The notes: generated by a model not told the origin, from the letters alone. A stretch of 57,850 bases of DNA, filler included, from Asterionella formosa (GCA_002256025.1; 5 parts of 5 records of this genome joined end to end with filler, not necessarily neighbours in it); one strand, 5' to 3'; positions 11,957 through 23,861 are shown, numbered from the whole stretch's first letter. Made by a program: numbers and translations.

Positions 11957-13198
11957 GGCAAGTCTCGAAACGAAAAACACGGGGGATGAAGGAGAAGGCA
12001 AAAACCAAATTGCCTTTGATTTCCTCGTTTCTTGTATGGCTTGTTTTGGCGTTCAAATCGAAGCAAGTTTCTCTTTCACGCAACCAACCTCCAGAGGATG
12101 TAAAGTGAGCAACACGCACGGGCTTTTCTTCCCTACCTCCACTTCACTTGATGAGTAGTAGGATAAACTGCAATGCACAAAGCCGAACTCTTTTTGCCTT
12201 TTGCCTCATGATTTGCACGAATCTCAGAAAAACAAAACCAGCCAAGACACACACGACACCATAGCAAGAAAGGTGCTGCTTGTGTACGGTCGGGAATGAG
12301 AGTATATAATCATGTATGGATATATGTATACGCCGTTTTGCTTCTCGTTGTTGTCGTTCGGCGCGGTGTAACTTCTCTGTGTGCTGGCTGTCGTACTCAA
12401 CAGCCATTGCATGTACTGTTAGCAAAAGCTAAATGCTGGTTCCATTGGTACCTGGTACCTGGTAGTCTACCGTATTTGAGCATCTAGCTACTGGTCTCTT
12501 GAGGAAAGTGCCTGGTACCTCGCAGCAGGTTACCAGGTAGCTACAGGTACATACCGGAAGATGGGAATAATTGTCAAGAACATAGCATCAATGGCTATAA
12601 TGAGTCACAAGGACTGTGGACTCAACCATAGTCCAATGAGTCAAATGCCGCCTTCCCATGTCAAGAAGCTTGCTAACGAGATTGACGTTTTAGATCAATC
12701 AGAAGAGGGTTTTCATCAACAAAAAGGGAACACGAAGAACAGGCTCTCAAAGTGTGATGAATGAGATTGAATGTTTAGTTTTAGTTTAAGCTTATAATGA
12801 AGAAACAGTGAGAATGGAGAGAGTAAGGTCAATAGCAAAACTAGCACAAAGGCTAGCAGCAAAAGATAACAGTACTAGTGGTACAACAGGTAAGACCTAG
12901 GTAAGAGGAAGGAGTATGTGACTTTTTAACAAACAATGGCATGAACAAAACCCACAGTATTTTTGGAATTGAACATCTGTACCAGTTTGCTAGTAAGAGT
13001 GCCATTCCTTCTTGCCCTAAGTGTTGGATTCAACAATTTGTATCACATGCAACATGTTGTGCTTCAAACTAGATGTAACTAAAAGGGCAATTGATTTTGG
13101 TGGTAAAAGAATTCAAAGATCTCTTCATTGTTTGAGCTAAATTACTATTGTTTTGCCACTGCAATCAAGAGAAAGGAAATGAGGGGTTGATTGGAAAT

Positions 13199-13314
13199 CA
13201 ATTTCCTTCATTCCCTGCCAATCCTGGTGGTCACATTTCAAACTTAAGCTAATGAATATACAGCAAGCTTAAGTCTGAAACATGACCAGGATTGGCTGAG
13301 AGATGAAGTAGTTG
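13199..13314. repeat. Imperfect inverted repeat, ~50-bp arms, ~15-nt loop
   Basis: GCCAATCCTGGT...TTTCAAACTTAAGCT pairs with AGCTTAAGTCTGAAA...ACCAGGATTGGC. Confidence 0.8.
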
Positions 13315-13669
13315 AAAATGACAAAGTAACAAAAAAATATTTCTTCGGACTTTTAGATCTGGTTTGCATGTTTTCACATAGAAATGGCATGTAGCAGTAC
13401 TTTCATCACAATGAAGCTAGACAAAGCTACTACACATAGCTATATACAAAGGATTGACACAATGATGAGCTTGATTCAAGTGACGATTACTCTAGCTACT
13501 GCTACCTGGGATGTTTTGCTCTGCTTTTCCACAATGCTGTTGACCTTGAGGTACATTTACATTGTGCCATGAGTGAAGAGTTGTCTGCAATTGAATGCAG
13601 CTATTCTTGGAGAACAAAAATAATCGCCAATCAGCAGGTTGATGCAAGAATCTCAGTACCCATTTCATC

Positions 13670-14050
13670 AAACAGCCAACAAGCCTGAAGAGGCAATCGA
13701 AGATTTTGTTGGGAACCCGAAATCAGTTCCTGAAAACTGCACCAAGCCTTGCAAGTGATTTCCATATGCTTACCATAGATGTCCTGTCGATGATTTTATT
13801 GGCCTTGACAATGTATTGAGAGTTGAAATATGACCTGTTCGATTATTCAGGACCAAACTGAGGATGCCTTGCCCTCGTCTTCTTTGGATTCTTCATCTTC
13901 TGAGCTATCCTTAGCAATCAAATCCAACACCTCATTGACTACAACATTGTAGACAGTATCTCGCCAATGATCATCAGTAGAATATCTCTGGGAGGACAGC
14001 AAGGAGGACAAGGAGGCCATGGCGGATGATTGAGTGATTGTTGATTGCAA
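13670..14050 (-). pseudogene. Degraded N-terminal fragment of a PIF/Harbinger-like (Plant_tran) transposase
   Basis: Minus strand near 13685-13745 reads GAVFRN*FRVPNKIFDCLF, resembling the FRxRFRxPxxxF motif, preceded by an acidic DSSEDEE segment; the stop fits CGA>TGA decay. Confidence 0.45.
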
Positions 14051-14350
14051 TCATACTGGTTGATTTATATAATATGATGAAGAGGCTCCGTAGTCAAATT
14101 CTATTTTTAATGATATTCTATCTAGTGCTTTGGGTGTGAAATCAATTTCCCAAATGAATGATTATCTGTGTCAATGTGGCTGACTGTGAGTCATGAGTTA
14201 TTTTCCGGCCTGGTAAGCAATGCCTCATCTTAATTTTTTGTCATGTGGCTGTAATGCTTTCCTTGTAGCTTCTTACCGGTAGTACCCATTGTACCTGGAA
14301 GATGTTCGGTTTATACATTCACTAGTTTTGCTTTACATCGAGCTACTTAA

Positions 14351-16496
14351 GGTTGCAGCCCCACAGTTACACATTGTGAGGTCCACTTTTTCCCAAAATA
14401 ATTTTATTATGTACCTTAATCCACACATTACGTACAAGTACATAAAATAGTGAAAGGTAAAATTAGCTTTCACCATTATGACCACTTTGCATTTGCTTAG
14501 ATACAGTCATGGGTGGACTTAGGGGTATGTCCTATCTTCGGATATGGTCGTATGGACCTCATTTCTGGAGAGAAACTGCAGTAATCTCTCTTGGAATCGT
14601 AACTATCCAAAAAATAGTTTAAAAAGGGGGCTACAAGGCCGTTGCTAATGGTGGACCAAAACGCAAACCAAACAGTGTTTTGGTTTTGGTAACCCTAAAA
14701 AACGATGCTATTGGGAGTGGAAAACCCAACGCAAACGCATTACGTTAAGGGGATTCCGTACCCATATCCCAATAAGTTACCCAAACGCATTACGTTTAGG
14801 TTTTTTTTCCCAAATTTACCTAGACGTAAGATTCCATATTGACTACTTTGAATGTAGTCACTAGAAACCTAATAAATATCATCGCAGAATCACTACATAT
14901 AGGACGCATCATATGCTGTTACTGGTATATCATATCTATATAAAACAATAGCTATACGGTACTGGTACCAGGTACCAGGTACCATACCACACTGGCGAGA
15001 ACAACAACAACAACAACAAATCGACTTCGATTTATTATGCGGAACACATAAATCAATCTTCTGTCACCACGACTTCATCTTCATTGTCCTCTTCAACTGA
15101 GGCTGCTGGTGGCAGTATAGCTCCGGCAACTGGGACTGGTGCATCGCCAGCCACGTCCTATTGTATCAATATATCTGGTAAGTAAGCAGTACATGTTTTG
15201 TTGCAGGTAATGGCGCATTGCCAATTCGTTTGTACCAAGACACCATTGTTTTTGTTTGCAGCATTCAATTCTGTGTGGGTTTCTGAAACTGCTGTCAGTT
15301 GTATTTCATCATGAAGAAGTGTGGTCGGAGTATATATATTTACGGCACTACCGGTTAATTGTGGGGAAAACTAACTAATTCTCAAATAGGAATCATAATA
15401 TTTCATTTATAAAAGTAGTCTAATAGAAATATTTTACTTTTTTTATAATGGTTTTGTCATCCTACGTCACAGTAGATGGGTGGTTGACAACATTTAGGAT
15501 TTCCCAAAAACCGATAGCATCATTTTTGCGTCAGTTGACCAAAACCAAAACCAATCCAAAAATAAGTTTTTGGTTTTTTGTTTGGGTCAACGGTTAGCAA
15601 CAGCCTAACGCTTTTTAAAAATCTAAGAGGGATAACTGCAGTTTCTCTCGAGAAGTTAACTCCTGACGTTATAGGGTACACGGCTAACTACTTTTATCTC
15701 TATGAAACCCCGCAGATGTAGAGCAATCCTCCAAAAAGTCGACCCGATCGGTTAAATATTGGAATCGGAATTTGTATGTGCTAAAACGTTCTCGTGTACT
15801 CAGAGTCTAGCGTAGGTATGTGCTGCATAATTCTCAGTTTTAAAAGACTCTAGGGTAAGTTGCCTCATCAATACACATATTCTGATTGGTTGAATTGAAT
15901 TTACTCACCTGCTCCAGATTGACTGAAGTATTCCGGTCTTGTAAAATCACGCCAGCCAAACTTGAACCACACGTATTGGATGTACTCTATACCGGTAGGT
16001 AAAATCAGTTCTACCGAACCTGGTACAAGGGTAACAGGGTATCGGTCTTTTCATCATGTCTTCCATCACCATGAACCAAGATGATGTACCAGCTACCGGT
16101 AGACTGGTACTCTGGTACTCCGGTACCGCCTTTGTACGTGTAGTAATATCATACCTGCAAACAGCAATGTCGATTCAATATAACGTTTAAACACGACCCA
16201 TTAGAGTTCATGTTGCTTGGCATACCGGTACTACCTATTCAAAAACTGGTATGCGTTTTGGCATTGAGCAAAATCACATTTACATCCAGCAACGAGATAA
16301 ACAAATAACGTTAAAATATCATTTTTGTTTGTTTCAAATGGAACTCCATCAATCTGATGCCGATTCCTATGTAATTCAAATATTCAAATCAACGCTCGAA
16401 TCATGGGAATTCATAGTAGGAAACTCCCTGTTCCATGCCGTTTTTACAACCCTAGCGACGTTTTCTCCAAACTAGGGTTAAGTCGGGGCCGCAACC
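14351..16496 (+). mobile_element. Non-autonomous TTAA-flanked TIR element (Kolobok-like), copy 2, complete, interrupted by a nested element
   Basis: TTAA|GGTTGCAGCCCC ... GGGGCCGCAACC|TTAA; homologous to 5064..6107. Confidence 0.82.
14637..15605. mobile_element. Nested non-autonomous PIF/Harbinger-like element (969 bp)
   Basis: Imperfect ~35-bp TIRs GGCCGTTGCTAATGGTGGACCAAAAC / GTTTGGGTCAACGGTTAGCAACAGCC; flanks CAA/TAA; segment absent from the homologous copy near 5835. Confidence 0.78.
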
Positions 16497-16687
16497 TTAA
16501 GGAGGACCCTAAGCAAGAAAAGTTTGCCTACCAGTACTCACCTCTTTGCTGAGTATAGTCCCTATGTTTACTGTATCATTTTTTCATCTGGATATAATTG
16601 AAAACTCAAGTAGAGATATGGTGGTCTATTCCGTCAGCATCACAAAAGTAAAAATCAAACATGAATCATATGGTCAAGTACCTGTAT

Positions 16688-17905
16688 TTAGTAGTATGGC
16701 TTCTTCACTAAATGATTCTTGGCTTCTTTGGTTTTGTACCGAACATCGGTGTGAACTCGAGGATTAATCAAAATCTCAACGTAAGTGACAGGATCGACTT
16801 GAGCTGCAAACATTTGCGTCTTTCCCTGAAAAGGATGGTGTAGAGATGTTTTCAAGGTCCCGGTAGTAAAGTACCAATCTAATTTGACAATAGACCCATC
16901 TTCCTCCTTTCGTTCAAAAAACTCGACAGTGTTATTCCAACTACCCGTAAAGGTCCAACCAAACTCGATTGGATCAGGAAACGCATCAAATGGAAGACGC
17001 CTCGACAAATCCCATGTTCGTTCTCCATTGTATCGCTGCTTTGGACTTTGTGTCTCAAAATGCCCGCGCACTGCTTCCCCTTGAGGGACATCCATGTCAT
17101 CCAACTGTTGAATGACAGCTTCAATCTCTCGCAACTCTTTTTCATCGTCCTCTCGCAACTTTTTAAAGTTATTCTTTGGAGCAGGATTGTTATTCCATTT
17201 GTCCTCACCAACACGCTGACGCGCTCCATCTCGAGCAGTCCATTGAGGCTCGAGCGCACGCCGAAGGCGATTGGCATGTTTGCAAGCTGATTCACGGAAC
17301 TTGTCTCTACCTTGCGTTAGGTATTGAATAGAAACTTCAACGATTTGGGCATCCTCCGCCAAAGAATTTTGCTCCATGATGGACTCCTCCATTGTCGCTA
17401 GTAGTCGTGCGCACTCCGAATCCGCCAATTGAAGTGCTGCGTGGATTTTGGCTAGTGATTCACTGTAAGTATCCGCACCTAGTTTCCACTGGGGAATTGG
17501 CTTGGTGAATCGATACTGACTTGCCTTGAAGGCTAGCATTTCGCTCTGTGACGTAAGGACTCGAATCAAGATGCGTCGCATCACCATTGGCGCTTCCGCA
17601 GTGGGGTGGTAGCGTTTGTTTTTCGTGGCGCCGGCTGCGTCACGAAATTTTGGAGGCAACCTGAGTGGTGGCTGGTTCCAGTAGTTTTCCAACTCTTGGA
17701 GACTTGTAGCCATGCTCTCTAAATATTCCAAGCCACGGTTAATTTCCAAAAGACTTGGAGGTTTAGTCGTCGTTGTTCGTTGTTGGCGAAGAACGGCAGT
17801 GGCCGATTGAATAGAAGCTAGCCACACTGCATGGCAGGTATGGGCTTTCTCCTCACGGCTCTGAATAAGGCTGCCACGAATATTTCTCTGGCTTGATTTC
17901 ATCAT
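16688..17905 (-). CDS. Uncharacterised protein: helical/coiled-coil N-part plus conserved-looking C-terminal domain (LDWYFTTGTLKTSLHHPFQGKTQMF...NPRVHT)
   Basis: 405-aa ATG-initiated ORF with gene-like composition. Confidence 0.8.
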   Translation of the reverse strand: MMKSSQRNIRGSLIQSREEKAHTCHAVWLASIQSATAVLRQQRTTTTKPPSLLEINRGLEYLESMATSLQELENYWNQPPLRLPPKFRDAAGATKNKRYHPTAEAPMVMRRILIRVLTSQSEMLAFKASQYRFTKPIPQWKLGADTYSESLAKIHAALQLADSECARLLATMEESIMEQNSLAEDAQIVEVSIQYLTQGRDKFRESACKHANRLRRALEPQWTARDGARQRVGEDKWNNNPAPKNNFKKLREDDEKELREIEAVIQQLDDMDVPQGEAVRGHFETQSPKQRYNGERTWDLSRRLPFDAFPDPIEFGWTFTGSWNNTVEFFERKEEDGSIVKLDWYFTTGTLKTSLHHPFQGKTQMFAAQVDPVTYVEILINPRVHTDVRYKTKEAKNHLVKKPYY

Positions 17906-18229
17906 GGTGCTGGGTTCTGTCTATGTGTTCCAGGGACGAGAACGAGCGGATAAGAGCGAGCAACAGTACCAGACTTGGTTATACAAAATTTCGATGGTGC
18001 GAAATCTAAGGATATACCGCGGTAGGATGGCAATTGTTACAATACTTGGCATGTCACTGCCACTACTACCTAGATGCGTTTCCGTCTACGGTAAAATGAT
18101 AATACTTGGAAATAATCCCTGTAAGTAACTATCAGCAATAAAAATATAAATGGTGCAAGGATGCTGTCATTGGGATACGGTACCAGGGTACCTGCTACCC
18201 TGGTACTAGATAACTAGGTACAAGGAACG

Positions 18230-18289
18230 AGGTCCGGTCGTGATCGAGATATTTAGGTAAAAAACCCGTGTTTTACCGAACCTTCCAGT
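18230..18289. repeat. Short dispersed repeat (internally deleted MITE), related to 56288..56369
   Basis: Shares ATCGAGATATTTAG and CGTGTTTTACCG(A/G)ACCTTCCAGT with the 56.3 kb copy. Confidence 0.6.
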
Positions 18290-19073
18290 TACCCCGGAGC
18301 CCAGGTGCGCGCACCATGGACCTTACCTACCGGTACTCCGCCGAGAAGCAACTGCTCTGGTAAAAGTTTCACATAATTCCAGTACGAGAAGAACAAACCA
18401 GGCGAACCCAATCTCAAGTGTCCACCAGGAAGGACCGAGAAATGATAATTACTTGGAGTACCTAATAGTTCGTTGTGATCCTGGGATAATGTGGTAGTTT
18501 AGCAGATGTCATCCCTTAAAATCATTATTGCTTCGAGATTTATATACTGGAATGAAAATAACTCAATGAAAACATGCTATTTTGTTGGTGGAAGGTGCTA
18601 CATGGAAACAGGACCAATTCCATGCTGTTAGTGAATCTGTACATTTATTCCGGACAATCCAAGAACCCTGGACTCCAGAACATTTGGAGCATGAGGAAAG
18701 GTGTTGCTTACATTTCGTAAGGCATGCGCTTAGAGGACCCCGTGTTCTGGCGAAGCATTCGAATATTTTACCTGAACTAGCTATGATAGGAATACAGAAT
18801 ATGTGCCACAAGACAAAGCTAATTTACACCTTCTTCACTAAATGAAAAAAGAAAACCCACATCAACAAAAACAGCACAAATTTGATTCCTTTAGATTGAA
18901 TTATGTGAATAAGTTTTTAGCACTACCTAATTTGCAATGCACGTAGTTACTGTACTGTGCGATTAAAGATTCCTCCTAAGGGTTTATTAGATTATTAGCT
19001 AGCTCAGCATGACTTACTCCTCGTCAAAATGGAAGAAAATGGAGTGGAGACCTCGGGTGCAGATGCCAACAGT

Positions 19074-19616
19074 TTACATCTTGGCCAGGGCTTCCTTTGC
19101 AACCTTCACATGGGATGCGGCATCGGCAAGCTCATCATACACCTTCTGGCAAACTCCTTTCTTGTCCAAGACATAGGTCACACGTCCGGGGAATGCTCCG
19201 AAAAGCGCCTTTGGAACTTTAAATGCATTTCTCACGCCATCCTTCGGGTCCGCTAGAATGGAAAAATCCAATCCAAGCTCTTTTGCAAACTTTTGTTTGG
19301 AGGCCACGTCTTGACCAGAGATTCCGACCACTTCCGCGCCAAACTTCTTGCGAATATCCTTGACTTCCGAGTTGAAAGTCTTGGCTTGAACCGTACAACC
19401 TGGGGTAGCGTCAGCAGGATAGAAATAGACAACAAGTGGCTTTTTAATGCTGGACCGAGTCACTGTCTTGCCATTTTGATCGACAAGGGCAAAGTCCGGT
19501 GCAGTTTCACCTACAGCGAGGCTGAGCACGGTGCTCAGGATTCCCCGGTTAGCAGGAGCGAACGCTGAAACTGAGCCGAGGGCGAGGGCAGTGAGGAGAA
19601 TGGATCGAAGATTCAT
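19074..19616 (-). CDS. PRXQ: Plastid-targeted peroxiredoxin Q (BCP family)
   Basis: [37 protein letters not shown]; signal peptide ending VSA|FAP. Confidence 0.93.
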   Translation of the reverse strand: MNLRSILLTALALGSVSAFAPANRGILSTVLSLAVGETAPDFALVDQNGKTVTRSSIKKPLVVYFYPADATPGCTVQAKTFNSEVKDIRKKFGAEVVGISGQDVASKQKFAKELGLDFSILADPKDGVRNAFKVPKALFGAFPGRVTYVLDKKGVCQKVYDELADAASHVKVAKEALAKM

Positions 19617-20899
19617 GGAAGTGCTTTATTTCACAGAGGCAACAATTGTGAGTCATTTGGCACATCGTACGGTAGATTGCCGGCATGGCTGATCACTTCC
19701 TGATGCTGATGCAGACTCTCCAATGTAAATTTGAAACGTATTTGCTGATACTGAGCTGGCGTTGTCGGTGTACCGTTTGTATGGTACCAGGTACCAAGTA
19801 CCGGTACCTGGTACCCCGGCACTCTACCGTACTATTTCTGAATACTGGTGTACTGTACTCGAGTTCATAGAATGGATGATGTTGTGGGATGTGGTGGGGG
19901 AGGAGGATTTTTTGCTCCGAGTACCACCAGGTACTAGGAGCAAGTTCCAGTGATTTTGCTGAAACTAAAGATTTAGCTATCTTTATCCAAGATTAAAATG
20001 TTTGCATTTAAGCCAAATGACCGCAAACAACTTGCAAGGTTCTCCCTCTAATATAATGGGAGAAGGGGACAATAGCGTCAGCCAATTCTGAAAAATTTCT
20101 ACTGTGGCATCTTGAGAGCCAGTACCGGCACGCACCTACGCCTTTCTCCGGCTCAATTCCCTTACCGGTACTGATGTGCGCCTTGCTCTTGCTCCAAGCT
20201 ACATAGACATACATGTATAGAGTAGTACATATAAATGGTACATAAGTACCGTATTCAAACAGAAATACCGGTACTGGTAAAATTGGAAAATACATAAGCA
20301 CAGGTATAGTATTGTTGAAATGGTCCGTACTCCTTCCCGCGGGTTGGGTCTCTCTTCACGTAGACTCTTACGTGATCGTAGTACTAACTAGTACCACTCA
20401 CTTTCTCTCTTGTCTCTGCTTCTAGCCTTCCTGCTAGATAGACTAATTGACCTTCCTGTCAATTAACACACTGTTTCCTCGGTTGATAATCTAAATCTCA
20501 AATTAAATTATAAGCTAAACTAAATGTTTCCTTTCCATGCATCTTTGCTTCCTGCAAAGTCATTCTAAGACTCTCTTCGAGTTTCCACTTAACATTTCCA
20601 TAGAAATCTTCAATCTCTGATCTCGTTAGACAGCTGATTGACGTGGCAATGCAATATTCGACTCGTTCGATTACAATCGAGTCCACAATCCTTGTGACTC
20701 GGGCTAATATTCTTGACATAGTATTTACTGCTGCTGCCTCCAAATTTTTTTAGGGCGCAATTATTTTATTGTGGCTGTTAAATTCTTGAATTATATCAGC
20801 CTCGTCCCTGAACATTCCCTGCCATTGGCTATTTACCATGTGACTGCAACTGACCATCACAAACAACCACCGAAATGGTAGGCATCACTGTGTTGCCCA

Positions 20900-23105
20900 T
20901 CACCTATCACAAGTGCCGCATGTCTCGGGGCAGACTTCAAAGGCCTTTTGACCTTCATGACAAAGGATATCTTGCTTGCTGTTTCGCAGCGACAACCACA
21001 AACAATCTCGAACTAAACCATCATCCGCAATGAACTTTTCACGGGGATTTTCGGTACAACTGTCGGAACATGCACCGCACGTCTCACGGCATACAGCACG
21101 CGCTTTGGAAGGATGATCTTCTGAACATAGAGTTGCTTGATACAGTGGTCTTGCGGCAAGCCAAACACATGGTTCAGCCTTTCCGGTATCTTCAACATAA
21201 AACCTGCCCCATCTGTCATCATCACAAACTTGACTTGTTGCCGCAGAGAATCGTGTTGGAGCAGAAGTTGGTAGTCTTGTAGCAATCAGCACGGTTGGCA
21301 CAGTTGAAATTGGTGTCGCTTGAACTGCTTTCCCTTCACAGACGTTGCAAGTTTCAGGGCACTGAGTGTAAGCGGCATGGCCTGATTTGCAAAAAAGATC
21401 TTGCTTGTCATTGCGCAGCGACAACCAGTGGCAATCTCGCTTTGATCCGATTTCATCATAAAAAGTATCCTTGGGGTTCTCTGTGCAGCTATCAGTACAT
21501 TTCCCACAAGTTTCTGCGCAAATGTCTCTTGCCCCTGAAGGATGCCCTTTATCGCACAAGATCAGTTGATAGGCTGGTCTCGCAGCCAACCATACGCATG
21601 GCTCATATCTGGTTGTGTTCTGGACATAAAATCTATCGTTTCTACTATCGTCACATAAGAAAGCTTCGTTCATCGCTGAATTAACAGCTGGAACTGCTGT
21701 CGGAACTCTCGAAGGAGGAAACAGAGTGGGACGAAGCGAAAAAGGTGCTGGTGTCGGCGCCTTTGTTGGAGAAAGCGTCGGTGACCTCCTTGGAAGCTGT
21801 GTGGGACGAGCGGATGGTGCTGGTGTCGGCGCATTGGTTGGAAAAAGCTTCGGTGACCTCGTTGGAAGCTGTGTGGGACGAGCCGAAGGTGCTGGTGTCG
21901 GCGCATTAGTTGGAAAAAGCGTCGGTGACCTCGTTGGAAGCTGTGTGGGAATAGCCGAAGGTGCTGGTGTCGGCGCATTTGTTGGAGAAAGCGTCGGTGA
22001 CCTCGTTGGAAGCTGTGTGGGACGAGCCGAAAATGGTGCAGACGTTGGGACACGGGTAGGAATTTGTGTTGGCGAGTTCGTAGATGGACGGAGGGTTGAC
22101 AATGGTATCTGTCCACATTTCGAACTTTGTGTGTCTAAATAGATGGAGACCGCGAAGATGCTCTTGTCTCTGTTCTCGCTAGCGCTGCATACCTCGATAG
22201 TCACAAGATGACCACTTTCCACATCGATGTATCGAAGTGTGCTATTAACTTGATCAATGCCGCCTAAAACGAAAGAAGCCGATTCTTCGTTCTCGGCTCG
22301 GACGATCGTCAATTGATTTCCCTTCTCCGACGTCCCAGCGTTGAATTTCTTGGCCCTATTGTATTGGATATACAACTTTTCGACATTTACGATCACGTAT
22401 TCCCCGGTTTGTGCCTGATCATAGTCAGCAAATGCTACGACTGAACCGCGCCAAGCTCCATCACTCAAATTGACCGAAACAGACCGCGATTGGTACCAGC
22501 CAAGTAACCAATGTTTGTGTGCGTTGAAACACCTTCAATGATCAAAAAAGTGAGCAGAGGAAAATGTCGTACAATATCTGCATTTTTTCAAGAACTTACA
22601 TTGACGGCGCACCTATTTTTCGATAAGAATAACCCATCATGCCTTGTTTGTCGCCGTATTCTACGATCCCCTTACTGGAATGTGCCATGCCCAAATTATG
22701 ACCGATTTCATGAACAGCCGCTGAGACGAAGCCACACCATTCGTTGTTGAATACTGTTCGATACCAGTAAACGTAGCCGTATGCAACCCAAGCTCCTGCC
22801 ATACCCGCGGGCATCTGCAAATTATGCGTCGACACGAGTTAGATGCAAACACTCAAAGATCTGCAAAGTATTCGAGAATAGAGCCATTGACTTACGCAGT
22901 ACATAATATGGTCTATGTTGTCAAAACTTGGCACTTGAGCTTGAGCAGCTAACGTCACGGCATTTTCGAGCGATTGAGGAGTTGCACCTATCGTGTTCTG
23001 GTTGATAAAGATTTCCGCAACACCATCGATGATGCCCTGTCCGCCAGCAGGGACTAATTTTAGCGCATTCCAACTGCAATCTTGATAGACACTTGAAAGG
23101 GTCGC
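20900..23105 (-). CDS. Peptidase M11 (gametolysin-like) with P/T-rich stalk and four 6-Cys modules; 5' end missing; join(23105..22896,22814..22600,22532..20900)
   Basis: HEIGHNLGMAHS zinc motif, EYGDKQGMMGYS Met-turn; GT-AG introns 22815..22895 and 22533..22599 restore DHIMYC-MPAG and MCFNAHKHWLLGWY. Confidence 0.9.
21744..22031 (-). repeat. Coding tandem repeat, 4 x 72 bp (PTQLPTRSPTLSPTNAPTPAPSAR)
   Basis: GGAAGCTGTGTGGGA recurs at 21792, 21864, 21936, 22008. Confidence 0.95.
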
Positions 23106-23205
23106 NNNNNNNNNNNNNNNNNNNNNNNNNNNNNNNNNNNNNNNNNNNNTTAATTAATTAANNNNNNNNNNNNNNNNNNNNNNNNNNNNNNNNNNNNNNN
23201 NNNNN
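23106..23205. other. Artificial scaffold linker 2
   Basis: N44-TTAATTAATTAA-N44. Confidence 0.97.
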
Positions 23206-23241
23206 CTTAATGATTCAACAAATACAACAAATTCAGCTTAC

Positions 23242-23331
23242 CGAGTCCAAGAGATCGTGGAGACCAAGAGAGACAGAGGCAACAGGAGCCACAAGGGCGG
23301 TCGCAAAAGCAAGAGTTGCAAGGAGCTTCAT
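23242..23331 (-). CDS. First exon of a signal-peptide-bearing protein, truncated at scaffold edge
   Basis: MKLLATLAFATALVAPVASVSLG... followed by GTAAGC donor at 23241. Confidence 0.6.
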
Positions 23332-23861
23332 CTTTTGAGGTTGTGCTGTTGATTGTTTTGTGTCCTTTCGGTGAGATGGGTTTGTTATCATTTTCGCCAT
23401 CCCATATGTTGATCCCGCCTCACTAAGCCTTGAAATCAGCAAAGAAAAGCTGGATCCCACATCATCGCATTATTCACTCAAGACTGTTCCCATCTGGAGA
23501 TCCCGTAGCTATGACACAGGATGACGACGATCCTAATGGATGGGGTATTGCAAGCTCGCCCGGCTGCAGTTTTTTTCATGTGTGACAAGAGGTTCGTGAG
23601 AACAACTCCGTACTCGTCCATGGAGAAATCTCCGTGCCATTGGTTGCCGTTGTCTATTCTATTTGTTGACTCGTCGGAGCGGTGTGCAATAGATGATGTT
23701 GCATTATCATGGTACTCCGAGTGCCCGACAACCTATTCCTGGTGGGTCAAATTACACAGGGCCCATCGCTCGTCAGCATTGCATCATCACATATTGCTGT
23801 TTTCGCATACATATATTTCTGTATAGATATATATATAAATTAATACATAGTATACAAAGGA

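Noticed and set aside
5064..16496. Composite transposon: inverted Kolobok-like pair flanking the CCCH gene
   Set aside because: The two copies are on different scaffolds separated by a synthetic linker
20498..20743. 81-aa ORF downstream of gametolysin
   Set aside because: No ATG start, no recognisable motif or splice link
21744..22031. CRISPR-like array
   Set aside because: No unique spacers; in-frame coding tandem repeat in a eukaryotic gene
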